Source: Eledone cirrhosa
Taxonomy: Eukaryota
Direction: 5' to 3'
DNA: 64,000 nucleotides
Assembly (NCBI GenBank): GCA_964016885.1
Contig: OZ024740.1
Location: 428,916,001-428,980,000 of the forward strand
Part shown: one piece after another, positions 14,121 through 27,194 of the stretch
Position numbering within the stretch: position 1 is the stretch's first letter
How the letters are laid out: each line of letters begins with the position of its first letter
Program-made: the position numbers and the translations under genes
The notes under the pieces: model-generated
The model's input: the letters and a program-made list of their open reading frames with translations, nothing else
What the model was told of the DNA's origin: nothing
The model's database searches: none

Positions 14121-14670
14121 TGAATTGCCAATTTTTCTTCCATATCTAATCTTTTCTTTTTATTTATGGGTTTTTTTGTTTTTTTTTAAATTTAACTGAC
14201 CCACCCCCACCCGTCTACCAGCAGCCATTACCACTTAAACACAGATTTGGTATTAGGACGGAACTGCATGGAGCTAACAGAGAAAGATGTCTTGAGAACA
14301 TATGTGGATGTGTGTGTGTGTGTTGATGTTGTTGGTGTGTGTATGTTTTTTGTTTGTGTGGGAGGTATATTTGTGTGGGTGGACGTATGCGTGTGGCGCG
14401 TGTGTGTATGTATGTGTGTGTGTGTGTATGTGGCCGGCGTGTTGTGCGTATATAAGTGTATGTGTGTGTGGGAGTCGTGTGTGTGTGTATATGTGTATGT
14501 GTGTGTGGTTGGCGTATGTATATATATATATATATATGTGTGTGTATGTGGCGGGGATGTGTGTGTATATATGTGCATATGTGTGTGTATGTGGCGGGCG
14601 TGTGTGTACATATGTGTATATGCGTGTGTGTGTATATGTGTGTATGTATATATGTGTGTGTGAGTGTGTG
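13435..14670. repeat. Microsatellite cluster: (TTC)n, degenerate (TA)n/(CA)n, (TG)n
   Basis: Direct reading. Confidence 0.9.
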
Positions 14671-14850
14671 GAGGTGTTTAAGACGAAGTTTAGAAATAAT
14701 TAAAAGCTCTGATTCCACCGTGTTGATGGTTGAACACGTATTAATAAGCTATCAATAACAGCAACCTTACCTTTGGCTCAGCTTTTTAATTGGACTCCTG
14801 CCTCAACAAAATATATAAATCACATAATAATCTTTCTAATAATAATAGTA

Positions 14851-14972
14851 ATAATTGTTTTTAGTTTCGGCACAAGGCCAGCAACTACATCAGTGTATTA
14901 CTGGTACTTTATTTTACCGACCTCGTAAGGATGAAAGGCAAAGTTAACCTCTGCAGGATTTGAACTCAGACC
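14851..14972 (-). mobile_element. tRNA-derived SINE fragment (family A, Meta/MESC-like core)
   Basis: Reverse complement carries box B GAGTTCAAATCC and core GCCTTTCATCCTT...TAAAATAAAGTACCAG, shared with the copy at 22785. Confidence 0.7.
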
Positions 14973-15514
14973 TAGATGGAGTATATGTTGAAAAATAAAC
15001 AAAATAATTTAACCTGTTTTTCCCAACTGTCCTTTTTCCACGAACTTTTTGAAGCCCCTCGTATATAACTGGTGTCTGTTGGTGAAATCACACTAAAAGT
15101 ATGACTCTTGAAAAATATAATATTGAATTCAATGACACAATTTTTGGTGGGTGGGTTTCAGTATAATCGATTATATCCAACCCAGTGCTTGATTTTTACT
15201 CTATTTTATTAACCCCATCAAGATTAATGACAAAGTCCACCTCAGTACATCACTGGTACTTTATTTTTATGGACAAGGATGAAAGAAGAAAAATCTAAGA
15301 TTAATGAAACTATAAAAATTTACTTTGTTTTAGCATCTTTAATGAGAAACAGTGTTTCTATAATACAATGTATGGTTTCATAGGGCCACCGCAGTGGCAC
15401 ACAGCGTTTGGGGAGCGATTTATGCTTAGCGGAGCCCCTTCCTCTCCTGATCTGAGCACAGCACATTCATTCAGAGAAGGGTAGAAAGTGAAAGAGATGA
15501 TGTGAGAAAGATAT

Positions 15515-15945
15515 ATAGAATCGACCCCAGTACTAGACTGCTACTGTTTCTATCGATCTCGGAAGCGTGTAAAGTTGACCTCAGTGGGATTTGAACTCAG
15601 ATAGCAGAGAATGTGAGAACATGTGTGGGTTGGACCTCCGTTTATTTCAACGATGAGTGTTTCAGTTGTTTGATCAGAACATCCTGCCCATGAAATTAAC
15701 GTGAAAGTGGCTGAGCATTCCACGGAGATATTGCACATGTTGTACAGGGCCAAACATTTAGGGGAGAGGGGAAAGTCGATTAAATCGACCCCAGTACGTT
15801 ACTGGTACTTTATTTTATTGATCCCTTAAGGATGAAAGGCAAAGTAAACTTCCGCAGGATTTGAATTCAGTACGCAAAGGGCCGTAACTATATGCCGCAA
15901 AGCATGTTGTCCGACGCTCTACTAATTCTACTGCCATTCCACTGC
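15515..15945 (-). mobile_element. Two SINE family A copies (about 15515-15605 degenerate; about 15750-15945)
   Basis: ATCGACCCCAGTAC...GGATTTGAA(C/T)TCAG in both; the second also has AGGATGAAAGGCAAAG and a tRNA-like head. Confidence 0.65.
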
Positions 15946-16887
15946 CCTTTAATATAACAACTAATTATAAAACTGACACAACTACAACAATAACCATTAA
16001 CATACCACCACCAAATGTCTACTACAGCCACTACAACCATCGCAAGTACCACCACCAGACCAATCAGTGCAATGACCACTACTGGAACTCTGTGACTACA
16101 GCTTTCACCACCTCAGGCCCCCACCACAATTAACACCCTCTACATCACCACTTCTACAAACATAGCCAAGTACGAGCTACTAGAGAGAGCAGCTATCTAC
16201 GTCACTCGATCTGCTAGAAATAGCAACCAAAACTCTCTCAAATCATACGCTACTATCTTAACAACAGAATGATACATTGTATAATTTGTGATAGACTTTT
16301 AACTCTTACTTTTTACAGTCATTTCACTGAAGTCATGCTGGGGCACCACCTTGAAGGGATCATATCGACCCCTGTATGTATTTTATTGATCTATACACTA
16401 CATATATATTTTTTTTCTTTCAATGATGGAATGGTCGCGGCAGAGATCCCTTTGATTATAGATCACCATGGCAACAGATCTGGCATTGAACAAGACAACC
16501 ATGACAATTGGCACCACCACTAGTAAAACTGTACCTCACCCCCTCAAGAACATCATGTAGCTTCACATCTGTAAACACTCCAACAACCATCACTACAGCC
16601 ACCAGTAACACCTACTGCCAATAATAATACTACAACTATCACCTACAACAAATATATTTACACAACTTAGAGAGAGATTTTGGAGTGGTCCAAGTAGGTT
16701 TTACACTACAATAGCCCCCCCCCCCCCTATCTCTCTCTCTCTTTCACATTCTTTCTCGCTCCTGCTCTCTCTCTCTGACACACACACAGACACCCGCACT
16801 CACATACACTCACACAACTAACTATAATCTCACACCTAACTGTATATACACTCCATGCAAACAAATACCATCATACGCGCATACAGA

Positions 16888-16949
<62 letters not shown>

Positions 16950-17284
16950 GCACATATTCACACATACATACACACATATATATATTCACACACACACAAT
17001 CATACACACACATATATATTCACTCGAACCTTACATACATACACAGTCCTCTGACTAAGGGGTGCTATATGGTCACCCGAGTTGCATGAAAGAGCAGTGA
17101 CATCTACCTCAAACTATACAATACATGCATGATCTCGTAACTCTCGGGGGAACCGGTGGAGTGTTATAATGGCATACGGTGTTTCTTAAGGCATTTTAGA
17201 ACCCGGCGGAGCCCATCTCCTCTCCAGGTCTGAATGCAGCAGATTTCTTCCAGAGAAGGATAGAGAGAAAAAGATATAGAAGAA

Positions 17285-17425
17285 GAATTGACCCCAGTAC
17301 AGGTTTTATCAACCTGGAAAGGATGAAAGGCAAAGCTGACCTCGGCGGGGTTTGAACTGAGAGAGTAGGGAGCTTGAACAAATATCACAAATCATTCTGT
17401 CCGACGCTCTAACCACTCTACCAAT
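17285..17425 (-). mobile_element. SINE family A copy
   Basis: GACCCCAGTAC...AGGATGAAAGGCAAAGCTGACCTCGGCGGGGTTTGAACT...TCCGACGCTCTAACC. Confidence 0.7.
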
Positions 17426-17569
17426 TCCTCACATATGCCATACACTCATCATAAAGGACATATTCTATAAAAAGAAGAATCGATCGACTTTCGTCCAATC
17501 GGACCGAGGAAACTTCCGTTAGTCTTTCCAATTGCTAGTACTATCTATCGGTCGCAACTCCAGGTAGAA

Positions 17570-17688
17570 GGGGCAACGTGAAATAAAGTGTCTTGCTCAA
17601 GGACATAACGCATCGCCCGGTCTAGGAATAGAACTCTCAACCCCAAGATTGTGAATCCAATTCTCTAACCACTCAGCCACACGCCTTT
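17570..17688 (-). mobile_element. tRNA-derived SINE head (family B, CORE-like)
   Basis: Minus strand: box A TGGCTGAGTGG, box B-like GAGTTCTATTCC, then GTCCTTGAGCAAGACACTT resembling the CORE domain. Confidence 0.6.
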
Positions 17689-17934
17689 ATATTCTATAAA
17701 GTGATCCAATAAAATAGACTTGATGATCATGGGTGGAATGGCTTTTAACTAATACGCACACACAAGCTACATATATACAACTATTATCAATCCAATGACA
17801 GAATTTCTATGCGGTTCTCGACTTGCTAAAAATGGCAGCCAAATCTTCTTCAAATTACACGTATCGCATGTCACTGTTGATAATTTATTGATTCTCATAT
17901 CACAGGTCATACCTCTAATGTAGACACCAATGTC

Positions 17935-19690
17935 GGACTGTTGATTCACATATCACACGTCGTACATGTGAAGTAGACACCAACATATCACTGTTGATTC
18001 ACATATCACACGTCGTACATGTGAAGTAGACACCAACATATCACTGTTGATTCACATCTCACACGTCGTACATGTGAAGTAGACACCAACATATCACTGT
18101 TGATTCACATATCACACGTCGTACATGTGAAGTAGACACCAACATCACACTATTGATTCACATCTCACAGGTCATACATGTGAAGTAGACACCAACATAT
18201 CACTATTGATTCACATCTCCCAGGTCATACATGTGAAGTAGACACCAACATATCACTGTTGATTCACATATCACACATCGTACATGTGAAGTAGACACCA
18301 ACATATCACTGTTGATTCACATATCACACATCGTACATGTGAAGTAGACACCAACATATCACTGTTGATTCACATCTCACAGGTCATACATGTGAAGTAG
18401 ACACCAACATATCACTGTTGATTCACATCTCACAGGTCATACATGTGAAGTAGACACCAACATATCACTGTTGATTCACATCTCACACGTCGTACATGTG
18501 AAGTAGACACCAACATATCACTGTTGATTCACATCTCACAGGTCATACATGTGAAGTAGACACCAACATATCACTGTTGATTCACATCTCACAGGTCATA
18601 CATGTGAAGTAGACACCAACATATCACTGTTGATTCACATATCACACGTCATACATGTGAAGTAGACACCAACATATCACTGTTGATTCACATATCACAC
18701 GTCATACATGTGAAGTAGACACCAACATATCACTGTTGATTCACATATCACACGTCATACATGTGAAGTAGACACCAACATATCACTGTTGATTCACATA
18801 TCACACGTCGTACATGTGAAGTAGACACCAACATATCACTGTTGATTCACATCTCACACGTCATACATGTGAAGTAGACACCAATATCTCACTGTTGATT
18901 CACATCTCACAGGTCATACATGTGAAGTAGACACCAATATCTCACTGTTGATTCACATATCACACGTCATACATGTGAAGTAGACACCAATATCTCACTG
19001 TTGATTCACATCTCACACGTCATACATGTGAAGTAGACACCAATATCTCACTGTTGATTCACATATCACACGTCATACATGTGAAGTAGACACCAATATC
19101 TCACTGTTGATTCACATATCACACGTCATACATGTGAAGTAGACACCAATATCTCACTGTTGATTCACATCTCACACGTCATACATGTGAAGTAGACACC
19201 AATATCTCACTGTTGATTCACATATCACACGTCATACATGTGAAGTAGACACCAATATCTCACTGTTGATTCACATATCACACGTCATACATGTGAAGTA
19301 GACACCAACATATCACTGTTGATTCACATCTCACACGTCATACATGTGAAGTAGACACCAACATATCACTGTTGATTCACATATCACACGTCATACATGT
19401 GAAGTAGACACCAATATCTCACTGTTGATTCACATCTCACACGTCATACATGTGAAGTAGACACCAATATCTCACTGTTGATTCACATATCACACGTCAT
19501 ACATGTGAAGTAGACACCAATATCTCACTGTTGATTCACATATCACACGTCATACATGTGAAGTAGACACCAACATATCACTGTTGATTCACATCTCACA
19601 CGTCATACATGTGAAGTAGACACCAACATATCACTGTTGATTCACATATCACACGTCATACATGTGAAGTAGACACCAATATCTCAGTTG
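17935..19690. repeat. 53-bp minisatellite (~33 units), CACTGTTGATTCACATATCACACGTCATACATGTGAAGTAGACACCAACATAT
   Basis: Period measured (17988 to 18041); no spacers between units. Confidence 0.96.
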
Positions 19691-19734
19691 AACACGACAC
19701 CTTTATATTCATATCTTACACTGTACAGTCGACA

Positions 19735-20030
19735 ATGTGTTTGTGTGTGTGTCTGTGTACCTTTATGTGTGTATCTGTATGTTCGTGTCTGTTTCTGTGT
19801 TACTGAGTGTGTGTGGACGTGTATGTCTGTGTCTGTATCTGTGTGTGAGTTTGTGAATGTGTGTATGTTTATCCGTGTGTGTTTGTCTTTTTCTCTCTGT
19901 CGGAGTGTGTATGTCTGTATGTGTGTGTCCGTGAGTGTCTGTGTGTGTCCGTGAGTGTATCAGTGAATATGTGTGAGTGAGTGTGATTGTGTGTATGTGT
20001 GTGTATGTATGTGTATGTCTGTGAGTGTGT

Positions 20031-20072
<42 letters not shown>

Positions 20073-21375
20073 TCCTGTGTTTGTGTGTGTGTGTATGTGA
20101 GTATGTCAATGTCTGTCTGTATGTATGTGTGTATGTCAGTGTGTATTCCTGTGTCTGTGTGTGTATGTATGTGTGTATGTCAGTGTCTGTCTGTATGTCT
20201 GTGTGTATGTCGGTGTCTGTCTGTATGTCTGTGTGTATGTCAGTGTCTGTCTGTATGTCTGTGTATATGTATGTATGTGTGTATGTCAGTGTGTATGTAG
20301 TGTGTGTATGTCAGTGTATGTATGTCAGTGTGTATGTCAGTGTGTATGTCAGTGTGTATGTCAGTGTGTATGTCAGTGTGTGTATGTCAGTGTATGTATG
20401 TCAGTGTGTATGTCAGTGTGTATGTCAGTGTGTATGTCAGTGTGTGTATGTCAGTGTATGTATGTCAGTGTGTATGTCAGTGTGTATGTCAGTGTGTATG
20501 TCAGTGTGTATGTCAGTGTGTATGTCAGTGTGTATGTCAGTGTGTATGTCAGTGTATATGTCAGTGTGTATGTCAGTGTGTATGTCAGTGTATGTATGTC
20601 AGTGTGTATGTCAGTGTGTATGTCAGTGTGTATGTCAGTGTATGTATGTCAGTGTGTATGTCAGTGTGTATGTCAGTGTGTATGTCAGTGTGTGTATGTC
20701 ATTGTATATGTCAGTGTGAATGTTTGTGTATATCTGTATGTCAGTGTGTATGTCAGTGTGTGTGTCAGTGTGTATGTCAGTGTGTATGTCAGTGTGTATG
20801 TCAGTGTGTATGTTAGTGTATGTATGTCAGTGTGTATGTTAGTGTATGTCTGTATGTCATTGTATATGTCAGTGTGTATGTCAGTGTATGTATGTCAGTG
20901 TATGTATGTCAGTGTGTATGTCAGTGTGTATGTCAGTGTGTATGTCAGTGTATGTATGTCAGTGTGTATGTCAGTGTGTATGTCAGTGTGTATGTCAGTG
21001 TGTATGTCAGTGTGTATGTTAGTGTATGTATGTCAGTGTGTATGTTAGTGTATGTCTGTATGTCATTGTATATGTCAGTGTGTATGTCAGTGTATGTATG
21101 TCAGTGTATGTATGTCAGTGTGTATGTCAGTGTGTATGTCAGTGTGTATGTCAGTGTATGTATGTCAGTGTGTATGTCAGTGTATGTATGTCAGTGTGTA
21201 TGTCAGTGTATGTATGTCAGTGTGTATGTCAGTGTGTATGTCAGTGTGTATGTCAGTGTGTATGTCAGTGTGTATGTTAGTGTATGTATGTCAGTGTGTA
21301 TGTTAGTGTATGTCTGTATGTCATTGTATATGTCAGTGTGTGTCTGTAAGTCTGTATGTATGTCAGTGTGTGTTA
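19735..21375. repeat. (TG)n-derived region grading into a 12-bp (TGTCAGTGTGTA)n minisatellite
   Basis: Direct reading; 4-aa periodic ORFs. Confidence 0.92.
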
Positions 21376-21519
21376 AATCCCAGCCACATGCAATACATGT
21401 TGTGTCAAATAGAAAAGCTGCTGAGATTCCACAGTAGATATAAAACGTCATCTTTCAAGGTAAATCTTACTGAGGAAGATCGTTCAAGGATGTTGCTATG
21501 ACATTCTCTCTGGTTAATA

Positions 21520-21729
21520 CATCTCTCTATCTAAATCTCTCTCTCTCTCTACATCTCTCTATCTCTCTACATCTCTCTCTGTATCTCTCTCTACATCTCT
21601 CTCTCTACATCTCTCTATCTCTCTATATATCTCTATCTCTACATCTCTCCACATCTCTCTCTACATCTCTCTCCATCTCTCTCTCCCTCTCTCTCTCTCC
21701 ATCTCTCTATCCCTCTCCCTCTCTCTCTA

Positions 21730-21766
<37 letters not shown>

Positions 21767-21862
21767 ACATCTCTCTCTCATTCTCTCTCTCTCTACATCT
21801 CTCTCTCTCTACATCTCTCTCTACATCTCTCTCTCCATCTTTCTCTCTCTCTACATCTCACA

Positions 21863-21900
<38 letters not shown>

Positions 21901-21928
21901 GTATGTGTATGTGTGGGCGCATCTATGC

Positions 21929-21992
<64 letters not shown>

Positions 21993-22006
21993 GTGTGTGT
22001 GTGTGT
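21520..22006. repeat. (CT)n-rich then (TG)n microsatellites
   Basis: Direct reading. Confidence 0.9.
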
Positions 22007-22149
22007 GAAGAAAACAATGTTGTACAGTACATATGTATGTATATAAAGATTTTACGTTATGTATGTATAATGTAGATATTTCTGTTGATGTATAGACATG
22101 TGTATATGACTATATCTATAAAGATATACAGTCATGGATAATTAGGCTA

Positions 22150-22358
22150 ATATTGGTTTCTTATATAGGCCAGTGATTTGGGGGGAGGGGAAAGTCGATT
22201 AAATCGACCCCAGTGCGTGACTGGTACTTTATTTTATTGACCCCGTGAGGATGAAAGGCAAAGTTAACCTCGGCGGGATTTGAACTCAGATCCTAAAGGG
22301 CCGTAACTCTTTGCTGCAAAGCATGGCGTCCGACTCTACCGATACTGCCAATCCACCT
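22150..22358 (-). mobile_element. SINE family A copy, near full length
   Basis: Reverse complement matches 22785-22968 from the 5' GGTGGATTGGCAGTATCGGTAGAG through the core. Confidence 0.8.
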
Positions 22359-22409
22359 AATATTGTTATATATACTGGTTTCTGTGAGTACTGAAGAGAC
22401 TGAAAGTAC

Positions 22410-22703
22410 TTGACTCTCCCCCTGGACAGGACGCCAGTCCCTCGCAGTGTTAAACCCCCAGCTATTACTGGTAGTCATTTTCGGCTGAGTATACTGGGGT
22501 AACGTGAAATGAAGTATTTTTTCAAGAACACAACACAACCCAATCATGAAATTAAACCCACAACATTAAGATCGTATGTCCAACACCCTTACCACTAGGC
22601 CACACACCTCCATAGAACACAACACACAACCCAGTCTAGGAATTGAACCTACAACATTAAGATCGTAAGTCCAACACCCTTACCACTAGGTCACACGCCT
22701 CCA
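22410..22703 (-). mobile_element. SINE family B copy with tandemly duplicated tRNA-like head
   Basis: Similar to 17570-17688; ~89-bp direct duplication 22525-22612 / 22614-22703. Confidence 0.6.
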
Positions 22704-22784
22704 CCCGGCAAATTCTACTGAATCTGTAACGGTTTTCTGTTCGTATGAACGTCTTTTTTAACTGTCCCCAACATTATTGTCCCT

Positions 22785-22968
22785 TGGTGGATTGGCAGTA
22801 TCGGTAGAGGGTCGGACGCCATGCTTTCACGCATAGAGTTACGGCCCTTGCCATTCTGAGTTCAAATCCCGCCGAGGTTAACTTTGCCTTTCATCCTTAT
22901 GGGTCGATAAAATAAAGTACCAGTAATACACTGGGTAATTGCTGGCCTTGTGCGAAAAAGTAGAAACA
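22785..22968 (+). mobile_element. Full-length SINE family A copy with 12-bp TSD
   Basis: Box A-like TGGCAGTATCGG, box B GAGTTCAAATCC, core GCCTTTCATCC...TCGATAAAATAAAGTACCAG; flanking ATTATTGTCCCT at 22773-22784 and 22969-22980. Confidence 0.85.
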
Positions 22969-23292
22969 ATTATTGTCCCTCCTGTCTTTTATAAATTACA
23001 CAAGTTTCTATTGTTGAAACAACAGATTTCAGTAAATTCTCCCTTTGTTTCTTCAAGACATTAATCCACTGAAATTCAAGATGAAAGTCAGCTGCACAGG
23101 GATGGAACGGCTTATAAAAGCAAGGGGAATTTTTGTTCCTTAGCTCACAATAAACTTTCTGAGTCAAATGCTTGAGAAAAGGGTCATATAAATTGATTTA
23201 TGTATGCTATTTAGTCAGGTTTACAAACGTTTATGTATCATAAGTATATACATATACATATATATATATATGTATACACGCACATGCATATG

Positions 23293-23358
<66 letters not shown>

Positions 23359-23386
23359 GATAGATATATATATATGAATATATATG

Positions 23387-23522
23387 AGAGAGAATCGGGC
23401 CCCAATGGCTGAGCTATTGTCGTTTGGCCCCGACTCTCTCTAATATAGTTACATTCAACTATTCAAAGTATCGAGTACTCTGGTGTATAATGGTCTTACT
23501 AGTAAATTGGCAATATCCTCAT

Positions 23523-23523
<1 letters not shown>
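23387..23523 (+). mobile_element. Diverged miniature Penelope-like 3'-end element in (TA)n
   Basis: Contains AGTATCGAGTACTCTGGTGTATAATGGTC, homologous to the tail of the large element, preceded by a short imperfect inverted repeat; (TA)n on both sides. Confidence 0.55.
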
Positions 23524-23587
<64 letters not shown>

Positions 23588-23726
23588 GTGTTGGTATTTT
23601 AACGATAGTTATAGCTCTGATTTATCTGAATTATTGAGCCCTCTGCCACTCATGTCGAATTTGTTTATCGTAAACTCGTGAGCCGATTTTTCGATACTCG
23701 ATTATTCTACTATATATATATATATA

Positions 23727-24503
23727 CAAAATTAAGATAAATCAAAGTGAATTTCATCTAAATAAAAATTTTGGGTGTCATGCCAGAAAGGCATGCGCCA
23801 TATCACCCGTAAAATAAGCTCCAAGATTCTAATGAATAGGTCCGAGCATTTTATAACAACTAGAAATTGATTAACATATAAATAAACATATGAAACAATC
23901 ACAGGAGATAATTTTTACAAGTGTGTAAGCACACATAGCTAGGTAGGTAACTAAATAAAGTTAACTAGAACTTCAAAAATAGATGCCTTTCTGGCATGAC
24001 ACCCATAATTTTGATTTAGATTAAATTCACTTTGATTTATCTTAATTTTGGATATAGATATATAAATACCGCTCCTTAATTGTAGAGCTAACTCTGTTGA
24101 TTCTGTTGAAAGGACTTGACTGCTGTTTCTAGTTGTCGATAACTCTATTCACGCCACTGGGACGAAGCTGGTATGATGTGTGTATTTTTAGTAGATATAG
24201 CACGTGTTACTGGCCAGTCGCTGATTTGAACTTAATGCGTAAACACAGATGGCTGGACTTCTTCCTTGTTGAAAATCCAGGTATCGGCCTCCGTGGTTTA
24301 CCATTCGATTAATTGGTGAAATATATTTATTTAATGGAATATATACAGGGAAGATTAATCATATTATAAGGTATCTATTTTTGAAGTTCTAGTTAACTTT
24401 ATTTAGTTGCCTACCTAGCTATGTGTGCTTACACACTTGTAAAAATTATCCCCTGTGATTGTTTCATATGTTTATTTATATGTTAACCAATTTCTAGTTG
24501 TTA
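23727..24503. mobile_element. Non-coding element with interleaved inverted repeats, inserted in (TA)n; probably a non-autonomous Penelope-like element
   Basis: 23727-23794 inverted to 23983-24050; 23851-23982 inverted to 24374-24503; (TA)n flanks. Classification is inferred. Confidence 0.55.
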
Positions 24504-24667
24504 TATATATATATATATATATTCCGCCCTGCCCGTATCCTCAATCTTTCTATTTTTCATCGTTTCTTCTGATGAAAAGTTAAGACTCCCTTCCTGCTCT
24601 TTCAAGCGTTAAACTAATATATTCCTTCCATGTACTGTACCGTTTGTGTTGTTATTTCTAGTTTACC

Positions 24668-24730
<63 letters not shown>

Positions 24731-24753
24731 ACACACACACCACACACACACAC

Positions 24754-24820
<67 letters not shown>

Positions 24821-25239
24821 CGTGTACAAGTAAAATTTATTCACGCATGTGCCTTGAGCCTATGTCTATAAATATACATATTATTGAATATATGTCGGTT
24901 ACCTGTTACTATTGCTTGCAAACATGGGAAAAACACATCAACACGTTAGGATTAAGAAGTCTAAATTTATCGCTTGTTGTTCTATGAAGATCTGATAACA
25001 TCATCACCTATTGTGTTTATAGCACACACTACCTGGATTACCATATCTCTTGCTGGATCGATTAATTGCTGCAGGAAAGCGTATTAAAGAGGTGATTTTC
25101 CAATTAGTAGAAATAAGCGAAATGCACTCCTCGGTGTAAATCAAATAATTCTCTGCTAAGACACTGTTGGTGAATATCAATGTATTATGAATCGCCTGAT
25201 GAATCATGATAGATGGATTGAAGATGGAAGTTGATCATT

Positions 25240-25315
<76 letters not shown>

Positions 25316-25326
25316 TCCAACAACCT

Positions 25327-25363
<37 letters not shown>

Positions 25364-25371
25364 AACATGTA

Positions 25372-25415
<44 letters not shown>

Positions 25416-25427
25416 TTTAAACATGTA

Positions 25428-25485
<58 letters not shown>

Positions 25486-25486
<1 letters not shown>

Positions 25487-25620
25487 CAAAGGAATTATGG
25501 TAAGGAACCAGATGGACCATAACGCACCAGAGTACTCAATACTTAGGGTAGTAGAGTGGTAGTAGTCCAGAAATAGCCGTCGAAACGGCTTGAGCTCTGC
25601 CGTCGGGGTCATACTTTTCC
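25486..25620. mobile_element. Miniature Penelope-like element (minus-strand tail joined to plus-strand 3' end) in (TA)n
   Basis: 25486-25559 matches 25891-25968; 25565-25620 matches ~30459-30517. Confidence 0.75.
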
Positions 25621-25811
25621 TATATATATATATATATATACATGCATATATATATATATACGTGTGATGGTGTAGTTACATATGCATACTTACACATATA
25701 TATGTGTACTTACAGTAAAGAAACGTACACCAACCTAAGCAGTACAATTGTAGTTCAACTAAGTGAAAAATATAATCATATTTAATTCATATAGAAATAT
25801 ATATACATATA

Positions 25812-25892
<81 letters not shown>

Positions 25893-27194
25893 CGAAGGAA
25901 ATGTGGTAAGGAACCAGGTGGACCATAACGCACCAAAGTACTCAATACTTGAGGTAGTAGAGTGGGTAATAGGAACCAGTAAGACCCCGACAGCTGAGCT
26001 CAAGCCGTTTCGACGGCTAATTCTGGACTAAATGAAAATTTATCCTGGTATTTAAATAGCCGATCTTCTCAAGGGGTAATTCCATATATGGTCAAAGTGA
26101 TTGTCAAAAATCAGTAGTAATTCTGTGGTTGCAAATTAGTAGGGGAGATGGTGGCTAAACCTGCCAGTAGGAGAAAGAGGGGAGGGGTGGAGTAGACCCA
26201 ATCAAGCGTTGGTAGTGCCAGCTACAGCTGGGCATGAGGTCAAAGAAGATACAGGGGAGGGGGAGGGGGAGGAAGTCGGAACTGTAGGTAGAACAATGGG
26301 GGGGGGGGTAGAAATATATAGGACAGAAAAAATACTGAGAGTGAAGAAAAGCAAATAAGTGTAAAGAAAAAAGTAAAGTAAATTAAATTCTACGACCTAG
26401 GTCTCAGGCTATTGTTAGGCTAGAATAAAATAAAGAAAGAAAGAAAGAAGTAAAGAAAGAAAGAAATAAAGAAATAACGAAATAAGTAAAAGAACTAGGT
26501 GGGACGGGATAGGCAAGGACCCTTTTAAGAGGTATAAGTACGTAAATGATACGGTGACGGGTCAACAAAAGGGGCCAAAATACTAAAGAGACTACCACGA
26601 AATAAACAATAAAGGTTTCCATCCCGGGCCAGCAACGACCCAGTGCAGCAAAGTGAACTTGTACGAGATAATAATTCTGAGTCCCGAGAAAAATATATAC
26701 TAATGCTAACTCTAAAAGATCTAAAACAAGCTACATGAAAGTTCGTACGAAATAAAGGTAGAATACGGAGAAATAAATTCAGAATCCACCCCGCCCAGAA
26801 GAAAAGCGAGGCAAGAAATACTGAGACGAAAAAAATAAGGCATAAGTGCCACTAAGAAATATAGAGGGCACAGAGAATAGTGGGAGCGGTCGGAAAAAGG
26901 GGGCCAGTATCCGGGGTCTAAGCCAACTGCTATAAAGGGCGGAGTCCGCCAAATCTATCATAGACTAGGGGAGGGGGTGGTGGGGGTACTAAGGCTACAT
27001 GGGGCCAAAGGGCAGCCTCGGGTGGGCGAGAAAAGACGCCGACAAAGGAGAAGAGCTGGGGTAGAAGGACAAAGGAGAGAGGGGGGAAGGAAATAAAGGA
27101 AGCGATAAAAGAATACAAAGAAGATCTTACGTCTTCCTTGGCAAGCAGGGGTTACCCATTGCAAAATCGGCAAGTGGGGTGTTATAGCCCTAGT

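Noticed and set aside
17935-19690. CRISPR-like appearance of the palindromic tandem arrays (also 57-64 kb)
   Set aside because: No unique spacers, no cas genes, eukaryotic context
13638-22046. YI, CV, HT and SL repeat ORFs and stray splice-like motifs (e.g. 14766, 21457)
   Set aside because: Dinucleotide-repeat artefacts; no coherent exon chain or homology recognised
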